Below, in pieces: positions 28,905 through 35,865 of a stretch of DNA of 64,000 nt. Location of the stretch: the IMG/VR virus record IMGVR_UViG_3300042516_001356; one strand, written 5' to 3'. The position numbers were made by a program, and so were the translations under genes. Source of the DNA: an uncultured virus (IMG/VR IMGVR_UViG_3300042516_001356) (taxonomy: Duplodnaviria > Heunggongvirae > Uroviricota > Caudoviricetes). The number at the start of each line of letters is the position of its first letter. Positions within the stretch are counted from its first letter, which is position 1. The notes beneath the pieces are model-generated. The model saw only the letters and a list, made by a program, of their open reading frames with translations, was not told where the DNA came from and did not search any database.

Positions 28905-29072
28905 TTATGACTTTGCTGTCCAAGTTGTCCAGCGAGTTGCGCCAGCAACATCTAACTTAACACGAACATTACCATTTGCCTGTGGCACGATTTCTTTGAT
29001 AACGCCTGTGGCTTTGGACTTTTGGCTTGTGTAGGTATCCCCTACTTTGTAAGTTGCGTTTGATACGGACAT
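28905..29072 (-). CDS. Small SH3-like beta protein
   Basis: MSVSNATYKVGDTYTSQKSKATGVIKEI; RBS AGGAG. Confidence 0.7.
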   Translation of the reverse strand: MSVSNATYKVGDTYTSQKSKATGVIKEIVPQANGNVRVKLDVAGATRWTTWTAKS

Positions 29073-29258
29073 GGTTCTCCTTTTTGTTGGTTTTTGCTTA
29101 CTATACAAGTCTAACATTTTTATCCCAAAAATACAAGTTATATCACAATAATCTCATATTTTGAGATGTGATTTAGACCACACTTAATGACCCATACCTG
29201 CGAACAATAGGCAGCAGAATATGATTGATAGTATTATTAACATTTCCAAGCGATACTC

Positions 29259-29987
29259 CTATTTTTTAGATGACGAGAATACGATGTCGCTCTTTGAGTA
29301 TACACACAATCCGCATGATACGCAAGCACTTCCACTATTTGAGATAAGGGGGATAGACTTTAGATTCTCAGGACACTTAGCGCCAGGACGGTTGAATAAC
29401 TCTTTCATGTCTGCTTGACCAATAGCAAAATTCTTTGCAAGGTATGCAAGACGCACTCCGTGATCTTTCTTTAAACTAACACCAATATCTTTATTCTCGC
29501 TATCTGTTGAATAGTATAAAGATAGATTAGGGATGTCCTTGAGCATTACCGCTGCAGAATGTACTCTAGTGTATACCCAAAACTTTACGTCACTATGATA
29601 CTCTATAACTTCTTTCCATGCTTTTGTGTAAGTGTCATTAAAGAAATCTCCGTCCCAGTGGATACGGAATAGTTTTTGTGCATTCTTCTTATCACAATCT
29701 TTTTTAAAATCAGCAATCATTACATATAGCAATGCCGTCATAGTTTCATGATCAGCGTTTTTCAATAACTCCCAATTGTGCAGGAGATTAGTTTTTACTC
29801 CTTTGAATAACTTTTCAAGTTTTCCTGCGTAGCAGACACTTTCGCAGACACTAGTAGCCCCAGGACATGAGAATTCTTTTCCAGCAGGTAATCCAAAAGT
29901 ATTGGCAATAGCGGACTGTTTTCCATTTTTTGTGACAAGGTTAGTCACCTTTCTATCATGTGATCTTTTTAACTGTGGTGTGTTCAT
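29259..29987 (-). CDS. GP88-family Cys-cluster protein
   Basis: FGLPAG..SCPGATSVCESVCYA, FRIHWDGDFF, FWVYTR, ACVSCGLC. Confidence 0.8.
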   Translation of the reverse strand: MNTPQLKRSHDRKVTNLVTKNGKQSAIANTFGLPAGKEFSCPGATSVCESVCYAGKLEKLFKGVKTNLLHNWELLKNADHETMTALLYVMIADFKKDCDKKNAQKLFRIHWDGDFFNDTYTKAWKEVIEYHSDVKFWVYTRVHSAAVMLKDIPNLSLYYSTDSENKDIGVSLKKDHGVRLAYLAKNFAIGQADMKELFNRPGAKCPENLKSIPLISNSGSACVSCGLCVYSKSDIVFSSSKK

Positions 29988-30069
29988 ATAAAAATTTTAG
30001 CATAATTTGGAGAAAATATCAAGCCTTCTTAATTGATACAAATCGGACAAATCGCTACTCGGGCGGCCT

Positions 30070-30321
30070 TTACTGTAACATCATTAAATCAAATTGGTCG
30101 TATTCGCCAACTTCAATTATTTCTCTTTCACCAAAATCATTTACAATTTCTAAAGTATATCCATCAGGTAGTGATACTATATCTACAATAGACACAACTT
30201 CATCGCCAATTAGAATACAATCTTCAATCTCTAATTGACCTGAAGTTAATATATCAACTTTTACATAGTCCACAATCTGAATGGTATCATCATTTTCTAG
30301 ATCAATCATCTTAGTCCTCAT
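30070..30321 (-). CDS. Hypothetical acidic protein
   Basis: ORF in operon. Confidence 0.6.
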   Translation of the reverse strand: MRTKMIDLENDDTIQIVDYVKVDILTSGQLEIEDCILIGDEVVSIVDIVSLPDGYTLEIVNDFGEREIIEVGEYDQFDLMMLQ

Positions 30322-30598
30322 TTACTGGGTCAATAAACCACTCTAGGTGGTGCTGGCTTACTATTGCGCTAGCAGGTGCGTGTGTCATTCCACGATATAA
30401 AATTTGAAAGTCGCCAACCATAGGCATCTCAATCATGCGTTGATAGTCCTCATCATAGAATGCGTCAATCGCTTCAATACAAGGCTTAACCATCTCTGCT
30501 GGTACTGGTGGATAGTGATTACCCTTTAAGTGATAAAGTAATTGAGTTTCTAAGTCTAAGACTTCATCTTTAATTCCTAGTGCTGTTATTGATCCCAT
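30311..30598 (-). CDS. Hypothetical protein
   Basis: HLKGNHYPPVP; translationally coupled. Confidence 0.7.
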   Translation of the reverse strand: MGSITALGIKDEVLDLETQLLYHLKGNHYPPVPAEMVKPCIEAIDAFYDEDYQRMIEMPMVGDFQILYRGMTHAPASAIVSQHHLEWFIDPVNED

Positions 30599-30807
30599 TA
30601 TTTAATTACCACATTTCCGTTAGTGTAGAAGGTCTTTGTATACATTTTACCTGTTGGGTCAGATAAATTATAGGTTGCGTATTCTTTAGCATCGCCAAAG
30701 TCTACACATTTAGTCCAAGCGTTTACTGCCTCTAGCATGTCGCTAACTCGCAGGGTATGAACTAACTCTCCGTCATACGAAGTAGTAAGTGAATAATTAT
30801 ATTCCAT
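30598..30807 (-). CDS. Hypothetical protein
   Basis: TAATG-coupled ORF. Confidence 0.65.
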   Translation of the reverse strand: MEYNYSLTTSYDGELVHTLRVSDMLEAVNAWTKCVDFGDAKEYATYNLSDPTGKMYTKTFYTNGNVVIK

Positions 30808-30992
30808 TATGCGTTCTCCTTAGTTTTAAATAATTGGTGGTAGTCCTGTATTTCATCAGCAGGGATATTGTAAGGATTACACTCACACGCCCATACATCA
30901 TAGTCTATAGCATTTCCTACGAATTGCCAACCTGCGCCATAGCAATCGCTATGAGCAAGAATATCCATTAGTGCATTTTTAACTTTACCCAT
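30807..30992 (-). CDS. Small Cys-containing protein
   Basis: CYGAGW...CECNPY; coupled. Confidence 0.65.
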   Translation of the reverse strand: MGKVKNALMDILAHSDCYGAGWQFVGNAIDYDVWACECNPYNIPADEIQDYHQLFKTKENA

Positions 30993-31137
30993 TAGTTATA
31001 TCCCTTCGCACAATACGAGCATAGCATCATAGTTTTACAATAGCAATCAGACACGCTAACACGCTCAACGTTAGAATAGTAGTCATCATAGAATTCATCA
31101 AAGTAATCTTTCATAGTTTTCCTTTCGTTATATCTTT

Positions 31138-31275
31138 ATCCTAGCAGACTGGACTGACGTTTTCAAACGACACGCCGTAAAGATCTGGGGAATCTGGGGT
31201 GTGTTTTTAATCACACGTAAAGGCCTGTGGACAAACCTGTGGAAAACGCCTCGGGGATTTTTAGAACAAACGTTC
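31138..31275 (-). promoter_or_regulatory. Regulatory block: RecA-NDp-type promoter, GACAC motif, CRP-like box, two DnaA-like boxes, LexA-like box
   Basis: CGTCAG-N10-TAGGAT (31138-31159); CGACACGCCG (~31168); TGTGT-N6-TCACA (31200-31215); TGTGGACAA (31226); TGTGGAAAA (31238); GAAC-N4-GTTC (31264-31275). Confidence 0.7.
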
Positions 31276-31458
31276 GGACAGTTTTATATCATGTCCAGGA
31301 TTTCATTTTATACTTTAAGAAGTTTACGCAATTCATTACGCAATCTACGAATTTCTTTTTGTTGTGCAATATTTTGTTTCCAAAATAAAAACATAACAGT
31401 TAAGCAACCAGTTAGCGCAATTATTATTGCAATTAAATCTAAATCAGTTAACATTTAT

Positions 31459-31671
31459 TTACCCCTTCCACATTTCAGATCCAACAGGAACTAAACCAAT
31501 TTCATCAATTCCACAAGCCTTCTCAAATCTTGCGAAATCAAAGTTTTCATTATCAGATTTGAACCACTCAGCAAACTCATTTACTAAATCCTCATAAGTA
31601 ATTTGTGGAATTTCATCAACAAATCCTTTTAGAATATTTGCGGTTTTAATATAGTCTTTTCTAGTCATCAT
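31459..31671 (-). CDS. Hypothetical protein
   Basis: MTRKDY...DNENFDFARFEKAC. Confidence 0.7.
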   Translation of the reverse strand: MMTRKDYIKTANILKGFVDEIPQITYEDLVNEFAEWFKSDNENFDFARFEKACGIDEIGLVPVGSEMWKG

Positions 31672-31816
31672 TAGTCGTTCTCCTTAGTGGTAAATAAAGT
31701 GCCTAGTGCAAAATTTTCACATTCGCACTTTTCTACATCATAGTCAAGATCATTACCCCAAAAAATAAGACCTTGCCCATTACACTCATCACAATCAAAA
31801 GCCATTACAGAGTTTA

Positions 31817-31999
31817 TCATTTAGCCAACCCCCTCAATGTTCCACGAACGCCAAGAGCGTCGCAAGACATTTTTACAGAGATACCAACAGGCAAAGCCTT
31901 TGGGTATTCGTTGATGAATTGAGATACAGCACCCTTTGAAGGAACGCTGATTTTTTTTACAGAACCATTAAAGGTTTCTAGTGTTATAGTGTAAGTCAT
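31817..31999 (-). CDS. Small protein (paralog of 35042-35227)
   Basis: RBS GAAAGGTGG; NGSVK...F...Y..ALPVG. Confidence 0.7.
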   Translation of the reverse strand: MTYTITLETFNGSVKKISVPSKGAVSQFINEYPKALPVGISVKMSCDALGVRGTLRGLAK

Positions 32000-32033
32000 T
32001 TCTGACCACCTTTCTTTATTGTTTGATAGGACT

Positions 32034-32099
32034 ATCCTACCAAAAATCCCTGACATTTTCAACCTGCTAGGGGTGTGTTGCCTTGTGATTTATCTCACA
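32034..32099 (-). promoter_or_regulatory. RecA-NDp-type promoter plus perfect CRP box
   Basis: TTGAAA-A-TGTCAG-N10-TAGGAT; TGTGA-TTTATC-TCACA at 32084-32099. Confidence 0.75.
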
Positions 32100-32219
32100 A
32101 AGCCCCTTCCTGAAATAAGCCTATTTCTAGGTCAAGCAATTCCTGCGGGGTAGCCTCAGATAAATCTACCCAGCCAGCACCATTTTCATCTAATCTAAAA
32201 ATTTCAATGTATCCCATTA

Positions 32220-32420
32220 TTATTCACCAACCTTCACCGCTATTGTGCGGAATTTATTTCTGAAAGTTCCAGAGTTAATTTCCACCAAATAGGCTTCGGT
32301 ATTTTCTCCATACCAAATTGCTTTAGGGTGTTTTTCTGCTGAGATAATTTCTCCACGCAAAGTTTTTGAGTTATAAGTCTTGCCAATTAGCAAGTTTTCT
32401 ATTGTGTATAAGTTAGCCAT
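32220..32420 (-). CDS. Hypothetical protein
   Basis: RBS GAAAGGAAG. Confidence 0.7.
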   Translation of the reverse strand: MANLYTIENLLIGKTYNSKTLRGEIISAEKHPKAIWYGENTEAYLVEINSGTFRNKFRTIAVKVGE

Positions 32421-32457
32421 TGTTAGCCACTTCCTTTCGTTATTTTCTTACTATGTA

Positions 32458-32644
32458 AGTCTATCAAAATTAGCAGACATTTACAACTTACTAGCCAGTA
32501 ATTCCAAATAATGAGACGCTCAGAGGTGTGATATGCCCCACAAAATTTCTGTGATCTTAAACACATCTCGTAAGTTATCCACAGGCTGTGGACGACACGC
32601 CAGGGGAGTCGGGTTTTTTATGCAGTGATCTGAATAATTATTCT
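32458..32644 (-). promoter_or_regulatory. Regulatory block: RecA-NDp-type promoter, TACT-N4-AGTA palindrome, two CRP-like boxes, DnaA box, GACAC, ARG-like box
   Basis: TGTCTG-N10-TAGACT (32458-32479); 32488-32501; 32527-32542; 32550-32565; TTATCCACA 32575-32583; TGAATAATTATTCT 32631-32644. Confidence 0.7.
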
Positions 32645-32911
32645 TTTACGAATAAATAAAATGCATAAGATAAACAGATCATTGAAAACCAAAACAATGC
32701 GTTACCACTTACAAAAAAGGTTTGATAAAAGTTATTCATTTATTTTTTTCCTGTTCTAATAAATCGTTATTAAATAGTTTTGCAATTCTAATTTGTTCTT
32801 TCTTTGGAGTGTTAGCCCAAAGATAACCAAGTAAATAGTGTGCGCCTGAGTCTCTATCGTTTCCACGAATTTGACGGCAGACATTTAGTACATCTTGAAG
32901 TTCAATACTCA

Positions 32912-33094
32912 TTAGTTAGACACTTTCCAATCTGTCCACATAGGCAGACGCTCTGGGTCAGTATCGTTATACCAACGCTCAATATTTTGTTCACAACTTT
33001 CGCAGAATGTGAATTGGTCATCTCCTACCATAGAGATAGCAGATTTATTTGGTGTATGCTCTTTGCATACTATTGTTTTTTCTAGTGTTATCAT
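32912..33094 (-). CDS. Small Zn-binding protein (paralog of 33921-34094)
   Basis: CKEHTPNKSAIS...FTFCESCEQNI. Confidence 0.7.
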   Translation of the reverse strand: MITLEKTIVCKEHTPNKSAISMVGDDQFTFCESCEQNIERWYNDTDPERLPMWTDWKVSN

Positions 33095-33315
33095 TTTAGA
33101 CAACCTTTCTTTTTTGTTAGTTAATTTTATTTTATTAAGTTATTATTTACACATTACGCATATTGGTTGGGCTATCCAACCGCCACCGCATTTTTCACAT
33201 TTATTGTAGCCCATAAGTTGAGCCATAGTATCTGTTATATCTTTTTCAAATATTCTGTTTGTCATTTTGACCTTTCTTGTTAAATAACCTTTATTTAACT
33301 TTCTTTATACTAGTA

Positions 33316-33493
33316 AGTATAACAGGGGGGTCTGACATCTACTAGCCAGTAAGTAGGGCAAAACGGACATTTTGATTTGTGATGTACGCCACATTTCTAT
33401 AGGTATGCCAATTAAGGCTCTGAGCAGGGCTTTTATAGAGGGGGGTAAATGTGATACGTATCATGTGGATAAACCTGTGGATAACTCCTCGGG
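33316..33493 (-). promoter_or_regulatory. Regulatory block: RecA-NDp promoter, TACT-N4-AGTA, CRP-like boxes, tandem DnaA boxes
   Basis: TGTCAG-N10-TATACT (33316-33337); 33339-33352; TGTGA-N6-CCACA 33378-33393; TGTGGATAA at 33464 and 33476. Confidence 0.72.
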
Positions 33494-33625
33494 TTTTTTA
33501 TTGCAATTTATTTTTATGTTTTATTTTTCTAGAATATTTTTTCTTATTTGGAATTGCAGTAGCCGCATTACTGCGGCGCAATTCTTGAATACGAATTATT
33601 TTATTTTTTATTTCTTTTAACATTT

Positions 33626-33817
33626 TTATTCTCCTCTACTTTCTGCGTCTGCTTCCCAATCAGATAACCAGACACGATAAGCAATTGGATCGCAATCTTT
33701 TACAATTTGAGAAGGGTAAAAAGTTATGCCACCAATTTCCACAGTGGGATAACATTCATCAAGCATTTCATTAAATTCATTTTCTAAATCTTGCTGAATT
33801 TCAAAATCAGTTTTCAT
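33626..33817 (-). CDS. Hypothetical acidic protein
   Basis: FNEMLDECYP...DPIAYR. Confidence 0.7.
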   Translation of the reverse strand: MKTDFEIQQDLENEFNEMLDECYPTVEIGGITFYPSQIVKDCDPIAYRVWLSDWEADAESRGE

Positions 33818-33920
33818 TTATTTACTCCCAACAATTAGAGCAAGTAATTATATCTTGCTCATCAAAGAATTCACTAGAAATTTTATTATCGCACAAGCGA
33901 CATGCTAAGGTTGTTATCAT

Positions 33921-34094
33921 TTACTTACCAACCTTCCATGAAGTCCAGTATGACATGAAGTCATTATCCTCACGAAGGTGAGAAGTTATATTCTGCTCAC
34001 AATCCTCGCAGAAAGTAAATCGCTCATCATGAACGATAGAGATAGCATTTTTATTAGGTGTATGCTTACACACTTTTTCTTTTAGTGAATTCAT
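33921..34094 (-). CDS. Small Zn-binding protein (not in ORF track)
   Basis: MNSLKEKVCKHTPNKNAISIVHDERFTFCEDCEQNI; RBS GAAAGGA. Confidence 0.75.
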   Translation of the reverse strand: MNSLKEKVCKHTPNKNAISIVHDERFTFCEDCEQNITSHLREDNDFMSYWTSWKVGK

Positions 34095-34143
34095 TTTGAA
34101 TTCCTTTCTTTAGTGAGAGTTTCTCACTTTCTTTATACTGGTA

Positions 34144-34559
34144 AGTCTAACATAGACCACTGACATTTTCGCTATTACTGACCAGTATATGAGACAATTT
34201 TTATGTGATCCGCAACACATTAGCCTGTGGATAACTCAGCAGTATACTCACCAGTATAAAAGTGTCTGTGGATAACCCCTGTGGATAACTCTAAAAAACC
34301 CGAGTCCAATGTCCGATTTGTACTATTTGTCGTGTGGTGTATATCACTAATTACAGGCATGTAATTCACGGCGTGTCGTCTTGACTTTTCAGGTATTGTG
34401 TGATAGTATTCTACTATAAATAAATAAAGAAAGATAGTCTCAATGAGCCTACCAAATAAGGCGAACAAGTGTTCGCATGAGCGTAGCAAGTAAGTGAGGC
34501 AAATCACACAAAAAAAGACAGCGTGTCGCCTTGACTTTTCAAGGTTTATATGATAGTCT
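34144..34559. promoter_or_regulatory. Divergent control centre: leftward RecA-NDp promoter, two tandem rightward sigma-A promoters, three DnaA boxes, CRP-like and LexA boxes
   Basis: TGTCAG-N10-TAGACT (-, 34144-34165); TTGACT-N17-TAGTAT (34381-34409) and TTGACT-N17-TAGTCT (34531-34559), both with extended TG; TGTGGATAA at 34226, 34267, 34280; CGAAC-N4-GTTCG 34462-34475. Confidence 0.8.
34437..34500 (+). ncRNA. Structured leader RNA 1 (two UGAGC/CAARUAA internal loops)
   Basis: Nested stems GTCTCA/TGAGGC, CTAC/GTAG, GCGAAC/GTTCGC. Confidence 0.55.
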
Positions 34560-34584
34560 TACGACATACAATTAAATAAGAAAT

Positions 34585-34617
34585 CCTAGTGAGCCTCGCA
34601 AGAGCAAATAACCTAGG
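34585..34617 (+). ncRNA. Structured leader RNA 2 (one UGAGC/CAAAUAA loop, GNRA cap)
   Basis: CCTAG-TGAGC-CTC-GCAA-GAG-CAAATAA-C-CTAGG. Confidence 0.55.
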
Positions 34618-34666
34618 TCAGCAAAAGGTTAAAAGGTTTAACCGCATTAAAAGAAAGGTTCATTAA

Positions 34667-34825
34667 ATGAACACTATATATAACGAAATCGCTGATGAGT
34701 TTGGCTCATCTGCTCTATCTATCAATCATCCTCAACCTGAGATTAGCATTCGCCGTGCTGCTCAACTCATTGACGAAATGGGTTTTGATGTTGCTATGGA
34801 ATATGTTAAGGCAGGTGGTCGCTAA
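34667..34825 (+). CDS. Small early protein (not in ORF track)
   Basis: RBS GAAAGG; MNTIYNEIADEFG. Confidence 0.65.
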   Translation: MNTIYNEIADEFGSSALSINHPQPEISIRRAAQLIDEMGFDVAMEYVKAGGR

Positions 34826-34929
34826 TGACTATCGCTAACATGGATAAGATTAACGAAGCCATAGAGGCTTTACAAGAAGCAAACAAAGTGTTTGTGGAAA
34901 TGTTTGGAATTGACGAGGAGAATAACTAA
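34825..34929 (+). CDS. Small acidic peptide (not in ORF track)
   Basis: TAATG coupling; RBS AGGTGG. Confidence 0.5.
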   Translation: MTIANMDKINEAIEALQEANKVFVEMFGIDEENN

Positions 34930-35041
34930 TTATGGAAACAGAAGGAATTGGTAGCGTGATATTTTTTGTAGTATTTATGTCCACCATGCTATTTTTTATA
35001 GCAGCAGATAGACAAGGTTGGTTTAACTAGTGAAGGAACAA

Positions 35042-35227
35042 ATGATACCAGTTCAATTAACATCAGTAAATGGCGCAGTCAAAGACATGCCGTTTGATAG
35101 CAAAGAAAAAGTGTTAGAGTTTATTGACAAATACGCTGACGCATTACCATTGGGCACAGCCGTCAACATTGACGCACCGCTCATTGGTATTCACTCAGGT
35201 TGGATACAAGGACGCAAGAGTGTCTGA
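35042..35227 (+). CDS. Small protein (paralog of 31817-31999)
   Basis: RBS GAAGGA; NGAVK...F..KY..ALPLG. Confidence 0.7.
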   Translation: MIPVQLTSVNGAVKDMPFDSKEKVLEFIDKYADALPLGTAVNIDAPLIGIHSGWIQGRKSV

Positions 35228-35499
35228 GTATTCTGCTGAACAGTTAAGACGCAAAGCCCACCTAGAAAATGGTGGGACACTTGCTAACTATGATAGGACA
35301 CACTACACAGAGTCAGAGTAGTGTGCTCACTATTTTTTTTCATTTTTATTTTTAAAATTACATATCATACATCTAAGAAAAATATTCAGATTTTCTCAAA
35401 ATGAAAATTTTTTCAGATTTGGCAGGGTATAGGGTATAATTATTATATGAAACAACGAATACTAGTCTCTATCATAATAATTGGTTTGGCAGCATTGAT

Positions 35500-35652
35500 A
35501 TGGCTATTTTAGACAATCTTGAAGCATCTTTGCCAGATGACTATGGTATTCCAAAGAAAACAGTTAACGATGTAATTAAAGAAATGCTTGAAGATCCAGA
35601 ACACCATAAGTTAATGGAACGTCTAAAATACATGGAGGATCATGGAATCTAA
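35500..35652 (+). CDS. Small hypothetical protein (not in ORF track)
   Basis: MAILDNLEASLPDD..., 50 aa. Confidence 0.45.
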   Translation: MAILDNLEASLPDDYGIPKKTVNDVIKEMLEDPEHHKLMERLKYMEDHGI

Positions 35653-35865
35653 CATAGACAAACCAAAAGATATTCCTATTATAAACAAACCTTGTGATTG
35701 TAATTGTCAAACCACAGTAAATGACTTACTACAATCCCAAACCTCATTTGAGGAATAATGAATTATTTAGTTCACACAGATCCATATGATCATTCGGATA
35801 GAGGTTTGTTAATTTTTGCAATTTTGTCGGGGGTAGCAATAATATTTTGGTACTTTAAAAAGTAA

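Noticed and set aside
34220..34507. 95-aa minus-strand ORF (also 31201-31494, 33372-33620, 27488-27704, 22513-22701)
   Set aside because: They run through motif-packed regulatory DNA; the ELSTG repeats are simply translated DnaA boxes; no RBS.
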